Positions 17,347 through 28,750 of a DNA stretch of 64,000 nt are shown one piece after another; the stretch's first letter is position 1; each line of letters begins with the position of its first letter. The position numbers and the translations under genes are program-made. The notes below the pieces were generated by a model. The model saw only the letters and a list, made by a program, of their open reading frames with translations. It had not been told where the DNA came from and did no database searches. Location of the stretch: positions 1 to 64,000 of the forward strand of contig CAWCFT010000015.1 of NCBI GenBank assembly GCA_963794945.1. The letters are read 5' to 3'. Source of the DNA: Endomicrobiales bacterium (GTDB lineage: Bacteria; Elusimicrobiota; Endomicrobiia; Endomicrobiales; CAWCFT01).

Positions 17347-20300
17347 TCATCTTATAATAATAATTTTTTTTCTCTTATTTATTCCCGGCCCTTTTATGTA
17401 GGCTATGTAGGTGCCGCTCGCGATATTTTTGGGCACCCATTCGAACATACCTTCTTTAAGCCCATCTTTATGATCTTCCCATATCTGTTCCCCATTAAGC
17501 GTGTAAATTTTAAGTTCTACATGGCCGGCATCAGTGGCAATAAAATATATGTTTGCCGTATCCCCTCTATCCGGATTTATTGTGCCTTTACCTTCCAGAG
17601 AACCGAGTATCTTTATCTCGCCTGCTGACATTGATGATAAATATGTTCCAATGAAGTTCCAATCCTCGACTATCCCCAACAGTGTAGAGGTGCTTCTTGT
17701 AGCGGGGTTAAATAAGTACCCGTTCTTATTTACAGTGATGCTGTAGCTGCCGTCTTCATTAAGATCGTCAAATTCATAATTCCCGTTTTCATCGGTAGCG
17801 GCAGCTAAAGATTGTCCGCCGGACAACATCACGGTAGCCTTGGTGATAGCGGATCCATTAGAACCTGTGATCGTTCCCCTTATATGATATCTATTCAGGG
17901 ATGTGAAATTCTGGCTAACAAGGCTGCCGCTGAGGTTTGTATAGTTAAGAGAAGCCGGAGCGAAACCACAATTTGTTTTTGAAGGCGTAACCGTGTAATT
18001 CCCTATTGAAGGTATGCCTGAAAACTGATATGTTCCATCACTTCCCGTTACGATCGCTATAGATTCACTGCCGGATAGAGCCACTGTAACACCACTGACC
18101 GCATTTTTGTATATGTCGGCAACTCGTCCGCTGATCGAATACAAGGCAGACCCGGTAAAATTCTCGTTATCCATGTTCGCGTTCAACAACGCGACATTTA
18201 TTACGGGTGGCGTGAAGGATAACGTTGTTTTTGACGGTGTCACGGCATAAGCGCTGTTCCCATGCAGATTAAGGAACTGATAAAAACCGTTGTTAGCCGT
18301 AGTTGTAGACTGGGAAATGTTCCCGGTCAGTGCAAGCGTTACATTGCTTATCCCGGCTCCAGTAGGGTCCAATGAATAGCCTTTTATATAGTATGCTGCC
18401 TGGTTTAAGGCCGTGAAATTTATATTGATCCAGTTAGCCGCAAGTGAAGCTGTGGTTATTGAAACCGGGCTAAAATTAATGCCCGACTGGGAAGGGGTTA
18501 TCGTGTAATTTTTCCCGTTCGTGAGGTTCGAGAACTGATATGAGCCGTCCGCCCCGCTGGTAACTGAACCGGCCGTATATCCGCTGAGGGCAACTATGAC
18601 ACCGCTCATTGCAGCGCTTGAAATATTAAATATATAACCTTTTATGTAGTAAGTAGCCGTCGATGTTCCAACAAAATTCTGGTTGTCCCAGTTGGCTGCT
18701 AACGATGTAGTGCTTATCGATATGGGTGAGAACACATAGCCTGATTTAGCTGGTGTGACGGAATAATTTTTGCTGTTAGCGAGGTTAGCGAATTGATACG
18801 AGCCGTCGGCCGCGCTTAGCGCCGAACCGGCAGAATAACCGCTTAACACAACATTAGCCCCGCTTATCACGATCCCAAAGTTATCATAGACATAACCGCC
18901 TATATGGTATGTCGCCGTTGAGGTGCCAACAAAATTCTGGTTTACCAGGTTAGCCTCTAGTGTAACAGTGCTGACGGATACTGGCGCAAAACTGTATCCG
19001 GCTTTTGAAGGCGTCACTGTATAATTCTTGCTGTTCGCAAGGCCCTGGAATTGGTAAGAACCGTCGCTCAGGCTTGAAGTGTTGCCTGTAGCGCTGCCGC
19101 TCAAGGCAAGGTTAACACCGCTCATTGCCCCACCTAAATTATCTCTGGTATATCCTCCTATATTGTACGTCATTGTAGAAGTCCCGACAAAATTCTGTCC
19201 GCCCAAGTTTGTCGTCAGCGAACCAGTGCTTAAAGACACCGGCACAAAAACGTAGCCGGGATCAGCGGCAGTGACTGTGTAGCTCTTGCTGTTAGCTAAA
19301 TTCGCGAACTGGTATGACCCGTCGCCTGCGCTTAGCATTGAACCCGTAGTATTTCCGCTAAGCGCCACCGCCGCTCCGCTCATGGCGCTACCGTAATTGT
19401 CATGTATGTATCCGCTGATATTATATGTCATCGTTGAAGTACCGACAAAATTCTCACTGCCGAGGTTAGCCGTAAGCGATCCAGTGCTTATTGATACCGG
19501 CACAAAAACGTAGCCGGGCTTTCCGGCTGTTAGCGTGTAACTCTTGCTGTTCGCAAGGTTCGCAAATTGGTATGAACCGTTCTGCTGCGCTTAGCACAAA
19601 GCCTGTCGAGTTACCGGTCAAGGCAACAGTTGCCCCATTCATCGCGCTTCCAAAGTTATCATGAACGTAACCTGCCATGTAATATGTCGCTGTCGAACTG
19701 CCGACAAAACTCTGGCCGCTCAAATTTGCCGTTAAAGAAGTTGTACTTAAAGATATAGGCACAAAAATGTATCCCGGTTTCGAAGGAGTTATAGTGTAAT
19801 TCTTGATGTTTGCAAGGTTCGAGAACTGGTAAGAACCGTCAACTGCGCTTAACACCGAGCCTGTTGTGTTCCCGGTTAAGGCTACGCTGGCGCCGCTCAT
19901 AGCAGCCCCATAATTGTCATTTATATATCCTCCAATATAGTATGTTATCGTTGAAGTCCCGACAAAATTCTGGTTGCTATAGTTGGCCGATAAAGATGCC
20001 GTGCTTATAGACACAGGCACAAAGACATAGCCCGGTTTTGAAGGCATCACGGTGTAGTTCTTGCTGTTCGTGAGATTCGAGAACTGGTAAGAACCGTCAG
20101 CAGCGCTTAGCACGGAGCCTGTCGTGTTGCCTGTTAAAGCAACGGCCACCCCGTTCATGGCACTTCCCAGGTTGTCATGAATATAACCGCCTACATAATA
20201 GGTTATTGTTGAAGTACCAACGAAATTTTGATTGCCAAGGCTCGCTGTAAGCGAGCTGGTGCTTATTGATGCCGGCGCAAAAGTATAGCCGGGATTTGAA

Positions 20301-23300
20301 GGAGTTACAGCGTAACCTCCCCCGGGCGCTAGGCTAGCGAACTGGTAATATCCGTTTACAGCTGTGGATGTCGACCCTGACAAGCTTCCGGATAAGCTAA
20401 CCGTGACAGAGCTTATCGCCGCGCCTCCGCTAGCAGTGATATAACCGCTGATGGTATATGCGGGTGTTACATTAATAACGGCGCTGGCAGCGCCTGTATT
20501 GTTGTTGCTGTCCGTGACGGTTAATACCGCGCTAAAGCTTCCGGATGACAAATATACGTGTGACGGGTTCTGCAGGGTTGAGTTTCCGCCGTCACCAAAA
20601 TTCCACGAGTACGATGCGATAGTGCCGCCGGTAGCTGTTCCGGTACCCGTAAAATTTACGGTCAACGGCATCTGCCCGCTTGTTGGAGAAGCCAGCACTG
20701 TAGCTGTTGGGGGAGTGCCGCCGCCGTATATATTCGCCGGTATTGTGTTTCCCAGGTATTGCCATATATATTTTGTAAGGGTTGTAGTGCCGGCGCAAAA
20801 ACCGCGCGCGCCGTTTATCGAATACCCGTTATAAGCAGCCATCTGAGACCGTATCAGCGCTTCGCTCGGGAACGGCCACATGGGTACTCCAGTGTCCACG
20901 TTATACCCGGGATCACCCCATAAGGTGCCGGGTGTACCGATCAAATCAGTCAGGTTAGCTCCAATATCCGCGCCGCCCTGACCCGCGCCCTTTAAGGGTG
21001 AACCGCTCTCTATCCTGGTCATATATTTTATTGAGCCTGTCCCAATAGGGTCAACAGTTGTCTTGTCGTGCGCACCTGCTGTCATATTCGGCCCATAGTT
21101 ACCGGTGTTCTCATAAAAGGCGTTATAATCAGAACTTGCGAAATAGTCTATCGCATGGCTTGAAGTGCCCGTGACATCATAAATTATAGAATTGGTAATG
21201 GAACAATTTCTTCCGCCGGGATACGCGCTTACAGCCGTAAGGCCGCTGGAACCCAGAGATAAGGCGCCAAACGTACAATTGACAAAGGTAGTGCCTGTAC
21301 CTTTTATCCTGCATATACCTGACGTATCTTCAGGTTCCGAGTTATTCCAAAGAACGCAATTTAGAAAATGTATGTTATACGCGATAGCGTTCTGGTCCGT
21401 GTTAACGCCCCCTGAAGTATTGTTCAAATTAATGCAGTTAGTGAAGTTGATGTTCCAGGCGGACACGCTGGTCGCTGGCACTAAAAAGCCGCCGTCGTAT
21501 TCGTCCGCTGAATACATGGCTGTCTGGTCGGTGTCTATCGCTATGCAATTCTGAACTTCACAGGCGGAAGATGAATAAATCGCAAAGTTCGCCATAGGCT
21601 CAACGGCATTCATTCTGTCACCTCTTCCCACACAGCTTCTGATTATACAGTGATCGGACAGATAGAACATAAATTTATACCTGCCGCTCCCATAAGCCCA
21701 GCAATTCTCGAACAGGCAATATGATGAAGAACGACCTCCGGCAAAATTTTGGTTATCGCCATCTCCGCAGTCATAAGCCCCGCATCTAATAAACTTAACA
21801 TGCGTAATCCAGTCAAAAAACGCGTTACCGGTTGGGTTATGGCACCACACTATCCCTTGGAACAGCCAATAAGCATCATTCTGTGAGTTTGCATCATAGT
21901 GAAATAAGTTTGTTGTCCCCTGCCCGTCAAATATTGCCATACCGTCATGCGCGGCTTTAATTGTTGTATATGCGCTTGCAGAGCCATAAGGCGGGTAGGT
22001 GCCGTTATGCGTTATAGCGTTACTTGTCCCTGTGTAAGTCCCGTCATTTACTATAAGAGTATCCCCTCCCTTCATAGTACTCATCGCCTTTACCAGTGTC
22101 GCCCAGGGGGCTGCGCTTGAACCATTGGCTGAGTCGCTCCCGGTTGGGGAGAGGTAATATGTGTTGCCGGAAGTTACAACAGCAGTTCCAACGAAATTTG
22201 GATTGCTCAAGTTAGCCGTAAGCGAGCCAGTGCTTATGGATATGGGAATGAAAGACCAGCTGGAGTTTGACGGGGTTATAGTGTAACTGCCTCCCTGCAA
22301 AAGGCCGGGAAACTGGTAATACCCGTTGACCGAGGTGGTGGTAGAACCGGATACGCTTCCGGATAAGCTTACTGTTATGCCGTTTATTGCCGTTCCTCCG
22401 CTGTCGGTAATATAACCGCTAATAGCATAAGTCGGAGTTACACTTGTGGCGCTAATATCGATGCTGGCAGTCCCTGTGTTGCCGCTGTTATCTGTTACGG
22501 TCAAAACCGCGTTAAAATTCCCAGCGCTCAAATAGACATGTGACGGGTTCTGCTGGGTCGATGTCCCGCCGTCACCAAAATTCCAGGAGTAAGAGGATAT
22601 AGTTCCGCCGGACGATGTTCCTGTACCTGTAAAAGTGACCGTTAAAGGCGTTTGTCCGCTTGTGGGTGAAGCTTGTGCTGTCGCCGTGGGCGGATTACCT
22701 CCTCCATATATATTTGACGGTATGGTATTACCCAGATACTGCCATATATACTTGGTAAGTGTGGTGGTTCCTGCGCAAAAACCGCGCGCGCCGTTTATCG
22801 AATACCCGTTGTACGCGGCCATCTGAGTCCTTATCAATGCCTCGTTCGGGAACGGCCACATAGACACTCCCGTGTCCACATTATATCCGGTGTCTCCCCA
22901 CAATGTCCCCGGCGTGCCTATTAGTGTATTGATGTTCGCCCCAATATCCGATCCGCCTTGGCCCGCGCCCTTCAGGGGTGAACCACTCTCTATCCTGGTT
23001 ATATATTTTATTGAGCCCGTTCCGACCGGGTCCACTGTCGTCTTGTCATGCGCGCCCGCGCTCATATCAGGCCCGTAATTACTGGTGTTGCCGTAAAAAG
23101 CATTGTAATCTGAAGCCGTGAAATAATCGATCGCGTGGGTACTCGTACCTGTAAAATCATAAAAGATCGAGTTTGTAACCGAACTGCTGCGCCCCCTGGG
23201 ATAAGCGCTGATGCCCGTGGCGCCGCTCTGCACTGTCATGTTCCCAAAAGTGCAGTTTGTGAAACTGGTGCTTGTTCCCTTGATGCGGCCAAGGCCAGAT

Positions 23301-24250
23301 GAGTCTTCGGGCTCCGAGTTCGCCCAGAACACACAGTTGGTGAAGGTGACATAATAAGACATGGCGTTCTGGTCCGTATTGACGGCACCCATGTATTGTT
23401 CAAATTTATACAATTAATAAAGTTTATGTACGAGGCAGACACGTTCGTGGCGGGCACGAGAAATCCTCCGTCATATTCATCCGCCGAGTAATGGGATGTC
23501 TGGTCCGTGTCTATGGCAATACAGTTTTGTACCTCGCAGTAGTTGCACGAATAGATAGCAAAATTGGCCATAGGTTCTACAGCATTCATCCTGTCGCCCC
23601 TGCCCACACAGCTCCTTATTATGCAGTGGTCGGCCAGATAATACATGAACTTATATCTTCCGCTCCCAAACCCGTAACAATTCTCAAAAAGACAGTAAGA
23701 CGCTGAATTGCCTCCGGCAAAATTAATATTGTTCCCGTCGCCGCAGTCATACGCTCCGCAGCGCAAGAACTTGACATGTGTAATATGATCAAAATATACG
23801 TTACCGTCAGGATTATGGCACCATACCAGCCCTTCAAATTGCCAATAGCCGTCGTTAACCGAATTCGCCTCATAGTTAAACAGGTCAACTGAGGTTTGGC
23901 CGTCAAATATCGCCATCCCGTCGTGCGCGGCCTTTAATTATTGTGTAAGCGCTTGCACTGCCATATGGCGGGTATGTGCCGTTGTGCGTTATCGCGTTGC
24001 CGGTACCGGTGTAAGTACCGTCATTTACTATAAGGGTATCCCCGCCTTTCATGCTGCCCATAGCCTTCACTAGCGTCGCCCAGGGGGTCGCGCTTGAACC
24101 GTTTGCTGAGTCGCTGCCGGTGGGCGAAATGTAGTAGGTGGAAGCAAAAACCGCGCAAACCGGAATAATAGCCAGGAAGCTTAAAACTAAACAGGTCTTT
24201 ATTACGATCCGCGCATATGATAAATTATGAGAATTCAGTTGTAATATCAT
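17347..24250 (-). CDS. Giant (~2300 aa) secreted protein: 2 beta-helix, 2 PKD, ~12 carboxypeptidase-regulatory-like repeats, T9SS-like C-terminal domain; three frameshifts
   Basis: ORFs 23903-24250, 23236-23916, 19466-23413 and 17347-19503 join seamlessly when compared with the intact repeat copies (breaks near 23930, 23390, 19580). PKD motif 'SYSWNFGDG...NPSHVY...VLTVTD'. Confidence 0.85.
17640..20460 (-). repeat. Tandem ~84-aa (~250-nt) Ig/transthyretin-like repeats, 11 consecutive units
   Basis: Recurrent 'TYxIxGYxxDxxGxAxxGxxVALxG...DGSYQFxNL..YTVTPSKxGY.F.P...NFVGT'. Confidence 0.85.
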
Positions 24251-24283
24251 CGTATAAAAAGTATATAAATATCGTGGTTCCAG

Positions 24284-24316
24284 AGTCTATGACTTTTATC
24301 TACGGAATGCTGATTT
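24284..24316. promoter_or_regulatory. Conserved 33-bp upstream motif, copy 2
   Basis: 30/33 identical to 15434-15466. Confidence 0.65.
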
Positions 24317-24410
24317 GATGGATTTTACGGCGTGTATTCTAGTTAGGAATGGATGTTGTAAAGTGATAAATTTATATGGCGCGTGGTTCCGGGAACGATA
24401 TTGATGAACT

Positions 24411-25520
24411 TTACATTTTATACGCACCGCCCTCAATACCCTTAATAGTTTCGTACATACCTCGTGCAGTAACATAATGCAGCTTATAATTGACACCGTC
24501 ATTATATTTCTTCTCTAAATAATCGTGCATGTCATCCGCGTATTTACCGAGAAGCACTTCCTTGTGCTTTTCCTGGCACCCATGGGTGTGAACTTTAATG
24601 AATATCCAGTTCGGTTCGCCTTTTACGTGTATGTGCTGCCGGACCCACAAGTCTACTCTGTCATTGGTAGGAGGGTTCTCTACTGTCAACTCGCCATTTT
24701 CTATGCGAGGCAAAACGCTCCATTTCCTATTAATCCAATTCAGGGTCAGCGGCCCTTGAATAAGCATTAGGTCGCCCTCAGGCGCTCTGCCAACTTCAAC
24801 GTCTATGCCGGTATCGTGAGATTTTGGCCTGGAAGGGTCACCAACGGCATAATATATGCTGTTTATTTTTCTTGTCTGGGTTTCGCTCGGAGCTGACGGC
24901 ATCGTGAAATCAGCGTAGCATCCTGTAGACCTGAGCACTTGCAGCTCGTTGTTCACACCGCACATCTTGCCGTCTTTTCGTGAATTATCCAGAGCCCAAT
25001 CCCCGTGGATAAAACCATAGGTGATATCGCCTTTATCATTCTGCCCAAGCAATCCGTGGCCCCGCAGTATTTTTTTAAAGCTTAACAGCTTTTCGGTGAG
25101 CCCTTCAACAGTATCTTTATCATGATGTAAATGTATTTCAACGTCGCCGTAACCGTCTTTCACTAGCCGCACCAGCTTATCAAGGTGTTCTTTCCTGTAT
25201 TCCTCAACGGGATAAAAAAAGGTATGCTGCGGGTGCCTTCCATTGCAATCGAAATGTTTATCGGCCATTTTGGGATACTCCTCCATCCAGGTGTCAATTC
25301 TTTTTATCTCATCATTGTAACCGGCGTTGTTCCAGGCGGGTTCAAAATGATCAACACAGCAGAAAACAACGTTTAAGGGTTCACTTTTATAGCGTTTTAT
25401 TTTTCCCTCCATCCCCTGTTTTATATAACTCAATAACCAAATGTCGATATTTTTCCTTATCAGAAAATGCCAGAAAAATATCATCAACATTGCAAATGGT
25501 AATACAAAATAAATTAACAT
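24411..25520 (-). CDS. Membrane-anchored hypothetical protein, possible deacetylase/hydrolase-like metalloenzyme
   Basis: N-terminal TM segment, then 'VDHFEP', 'EIHLHH', 'FIHGDWALDNSR', 'KVHTHG'. Confidence 0.65.
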   Translation of the reverse strand: MLIYFVLPFAMLMIFFWHFLIRKNIDIWLLSYIKQGMEGKIKRYKSEPLNVVFCCVDHFEPAWNNAGYNDEIKRIDTWMEEYPKMADKHFDCNGRHPQHTFFYPVEEYRKEHLDKLVRLVKDGYGDVEIHLHHDKDTVEGLTEKLLSFKKILRGHGLLGQNDKGDITYGFIHGDWALDNSRKDGKMCGVNNELQVLRSTGCYADFTMPSAPSETQTRKINSIYYAVGDPSRPKSHDTGIDVEVGRAPEGDLMLIQGPLTLNWINRKWSVLPRIENGELTVENPPTNDRVDLWVRQHIHVKGEPNWIFIKVHTHGCQEKHKEVLLGKYADDMHDYLEKKYNDGVNYKLHYVTARGMYETIKGIEGGAYKM

Positions 25521-25577
25521 ATCAACTTCCTAATACTTTATTTTGAGTATTTTGAACAGACGGTAATAAGCTCTTCA

Positions 25578-27551
25578 TTATAAACCTTTCCGTACTAAAT
25601 ATTGTGTTTTCACTTGATCATAAGCTTTTACACCCAGGGCATGTTGAAGCACAGTTTTAGCTGCGCTTTCCAGCCTGCGGGTAACTATAAAACGAAGGTC
25701 CCCTTCGATGATAGCCCTGAGATCTTTAAGAGTATAATTGTTTCTCATGACTATGCGCCGCAGGGCATATAAGCTGGTTTCTTCATCGTTGTATCCGACA
25801 TCGGAAGTAAATACAGCGGTGTACCCGCTCTCTCGGGCAACATCAAGAACAGTTTCATTATAGAATCCGCGAGGGACAGAAAAAGCATTTACAGCAACCC
25901 CAAGTTTATCTTCCAACATTTTTTTTGATGTTGTCAGTTCCATTTCGATCCTGCCTCGCGGCATGTCCTTCAGTGAGGTGTGGGTCAGGCCGTGCGAACC
26001 GATGGCATTGCCGCTGGCGGCCATTTCTGCCAGCTGCGCCCAGCTTACGTAACCGCTGCGTTCTACGTAGCCGGCAGTGATAAAATATACCGCTCTTAAG
26101 CCGTGACGGGCTAACGCAGGGAACGAATTGCTGAAGTTACTCGCATGCCCGTCATCAAAGGTCAATAAGACAGATTTTTTTTCTGGAGCGGGCCCGTTCT
26201 GTTTCCAGGAAAGGAACTCTTCAAGGCTTAAAGCTTTATAACCGTTGCCGGAAATGAAAGAAGCCTGATCTTTCAGGCTGGCAATATTTATTGAATACAA
26301 CCGGTTTATCGGAGTCAGGATGTTTTCACCCTCCGCGCTGGGAACGTCATGATAAGTTAGAACAGGCACTTTGTGTTTCATAGTTTTTTCTCCTAATAAG
26401 CCCACTATCGTCTCGGCATTGTGCCTCCACAGATGGCGGGCGTTTATTGTCTCCCTGGCCCGCTCACCGATATATCGGCGCGCCGCTGGAGAGTCGGCCA
26501 GGGCCTGAATATGCCGCTCCATTTCGGGTGACACTCCCGGTTCGAACAGCAATCCGTTCTCTCCGTCATCAATCACTTCGGAAATGGGCCCGAAACGAGG
26601 GGCAACCACCGGTTTTGACATTGCCATATACTCAAACAAAACTACTGGCGAGCCAAAAGGATTGGAGTGAGGAATTACTGCCATGTCCATAGCCGCGATA
26701 TAGCCGGGCACTTTTTCATGGGGAACCCTGCCCGTAAATATTATCTTGTTGTTCATCTGTTTTTTCCTCACATCCTCTTCCAGCTGTCCTTTGTTAAACC
26801 CGTCACCGACAAGAACAAGCCTGAGGCCCGGATCGCTTCGGCTCAAACCAGAAAATGATTCGATCAGGAACTCCAGGTTATCCCATACCGAAAATGACCC
26901 CATAAAACCAATTACCGTCTTACCGCGCAGGCCAAGCTCTTCACACGCCGGCACACTGCTTATGCGCGCGTCAAATTCATCGGTGTTCACAGAATTTGGC
27001 ACTACCCGGACCTTAGAGCGGTCGATGTTCAAACCGGCTATTTGTTCTTTTAAAAATGTGGATACAGTTAAAATAACGTTCGCATGCTCAAAAATATAGC
27101 GCTGCGCCATTGCTGCCAGTTTTATGAAAAATTGACCCCGTTGCCGCGCTATTCCGCTTACTTCGTTTACCTCAAGAACGATTGGGATCCCGTTTTTGTT
27201 TGCCGACAACACACCAGCGAGGTTAAAAAACGCGTACCTCTCGTATACAAGATCTATATCGTGCTGTTTCATCACTTTGTTTATATTCCTGTACGCGGCC
27301 AGGTTATACGCCATCTCCATGATCTCAAACACGAATTGTGGCATATACCTGCTCAGCCAGGCCATTAACCCGCCCAATAATGATTTAGAACCCTCTCTAT
27401 TCCTGTTACTTGCATTGGCAAATGGATCTACACCTGGCGGCGAAACCACGTATACCGTATGACCTAAAGCCCTCAAGGCTTTAATGACTTCACGTATGTG
27501 AACGCCTTCAACCGTTTTGCCCTGGGTTCTATGATGATAAAGAATATTCAT
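25578..27551 (-). CDS. GT4 glycosyltransferase + NodB polysaccharide deacetylase (fusion, or two genes merged by an indel)
   Basis: GT4 'SPVVLFEYMAM.KPVVA'. CE4 'LTYH', 'LTFDDG', 'GSHGLTH'. Internal AGGAG plus ATG at 26381. Confidence 0.85.
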   Translation of the reverse strand: MNILYHHRTQGKTVEGVHIREVIKALRALGHTVYVVSPPGVDPFANASNRNREGSKSLLGGLMAWLSRYMPQFVFEIMEMAYNLAAYRNINKVMKQHDIDLVYERYAFFNLAGVLSANKNGIPIVLEVNEVSGIARQRGQFFIKLAAMAQRYIFEHANVILTVSTFLKEQIAGLNIDRSKVRVVPNSVNTDEFDARISSVPACEELGLRGKTVIGFMGSFSVWDNLEFLIESFSGLSRSDPGLRLVLVGDGFNKGQLEEDVRKKQMNNKIIFTGRVPHEKVPGYIAAMDMAVIPHSNPFGSPVVLFEYMAMSKPVVAPRFGPISEVIDDGENGLLFEPGVSPEMERHIQALADSPAARRYIGERARETINARHLWRHNAETIVGLLGEKTMKHKVPVLTYHDVPSAEGENILTPINRLYSINIASLKDQASFISGNGYKALSLEEFLSWKQNGPAPEKKSVLLTFDDGHASNFSNSFPALARHGLRAVYFITAGYVERSGYVSWAQLAEMAASGNAIGSHGLTHTSLKDMPRGRIEMELTTSKKMLEDKLGVAVNAFSVPRGFYNETVLDVARESGYTAVFTSDVGYNDEETSLYALRRIVMRNNYTLKDLRAIIEGDLRFIVTRRLESAAKTVLQHALGVKAYDQVKTQYLVRKGL

Positions 27552-28738
27552 CTGAAACTCGCTGATTTAAGCATGCTATATACTTTTTTGGCATTCTCGG
27601 ACCAGTTTTGCACATAGGGATGCAAATCTTTATGATTTTTCATGCCGTTTGAGCGTTTCAATCCGTTTTCGATAGCCGCAGACAACGCTTGCGGGTTGTG
27701 AGAAGACACCAATTCGCCATCGACTCCATCAACTACCAATTCCGGTATCCCTCCTACCCGCGTAGCTACTATTTGCACCCCGCAGGCCATGGCCTCAAGC
27801 ACAACGTTTGGGCATCCTTCAGAATGGCTTGGGAGACAGAACACATCGCATGCATTCATCCACTGCGGTATTGAGCGATGCGGCTGTTTACCGGCAAATA
27901 ATACTTTCCCACTTAAATGGCCACTGAGCCTTTGCTTAAGTGCGGGCTTTAAAGGGCCGTCACCAACTATTGCCAGGCGAAGGGCTTTGATCCTGCCGCT
28001 TAAAATTTTAAAGGCTTCAAGCAGGTCGCTTATACCTTTGACAGGAACTAGATTCCCGACAAACAAGATAATCTTGCCTTTAAGATCTATCCCGAGCTCG
28101 CTTCTGCATTTGACTTTGTCTAGCGGCCTGAAAAGCTCATCATCAACCCCGTTAGTTATCACACATATCTTATTTTCCGGCACTCCGCACTCTATCATTT
28201 TGTCTTTGAGCGCTTTGCTTACCGCTACAACGCCTTCCGAACAAGCCAGAGCGCGCGTTATTATATTTCTGCGCATGAAATAGTTCATGTAGATATTGAT
28301 ATCCGAACCCAACGCCCCGATGATTACCGGCTTGTTCATCGCGCGGGCTATCAATTGGCTGCCCACCCCATCCGGATACGCCCATGGAGCGTATATAACG
28401 TCAAATGGGAACGTCCTGCTTATTTCCCTAATTTTGTTTAAAAGCGATAAAAAGAAAAAATACCCGTAAAATGAGCGCCCTATCTTTGGGGTCATAAAAT
28501 ATCTAGGATGAAAAATATCTAAACCATACATGGTTTCCCGTTCAGGCACCCTTGCACCGAATGATATCCGGGCCGGCAGGTCTCTCAAAGGCGACCACGG
28601 CAACGGCGCCACTACCTTTAATTCGCAAGTTTTTGACAATTCAAGGCACTGCTGTCTGTTGTAGGGCCCCCTTGTCGGCTCAAGCGAGTTAGGAAATAAG
28701 TTCGTTATTACCAGCACTTTAATAGTTTCATTTACCAT
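27548..28738 (-). CDS. GT4 glycosyltransferase
   Basis: 'VITNLFPN', 'FVGNLVPVKG', 'SEGCPNVVLEAMACG'. Confidence 0.92.
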   Translation of the reverse strand: MVNETIKVLVITNLFPNSLEPTRGPYNRQQCLELSKTCELKVVAPLPWSPLRDLPARISFGARVPERETMYGLDIFHPRYFMTPKIGRSFYGYFFFLSLLNKIREISRTFPFDVIYAPWAYPDGVGSQLIARAMNKPVIIGALGSDINIYMNYFMRRNIITRALACSEGVVAVSKALKDKMIECGVPENKICVITNGVDDELFRPLDKVKCRSELGIDLKGKIILFVGNLVPVKGISDLLEAFKILSGRIKALRLAIVGDGPLKPALKQRLSGHLSGKVLFAGKQPHRSIPQWMNACDVFCLPSHSEGCPNVVLEAMACGVQIVATRVGGIPELVVDGVDGELVSSHNPQALSAAIENGLKRSNGMKNHKDLHPYVQNWSENAKKVYSMLKSASFR

Positions 28739-28750
28739 TGTATTTTCAGG

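Noticed and set aside
13850..24140. Diversity-generating retroelement template/variable repeats
   Set aside because: No reverse transcriptase in the window. All three copies are coding, and the differences look mostly synonymous rather than adenine-specific.
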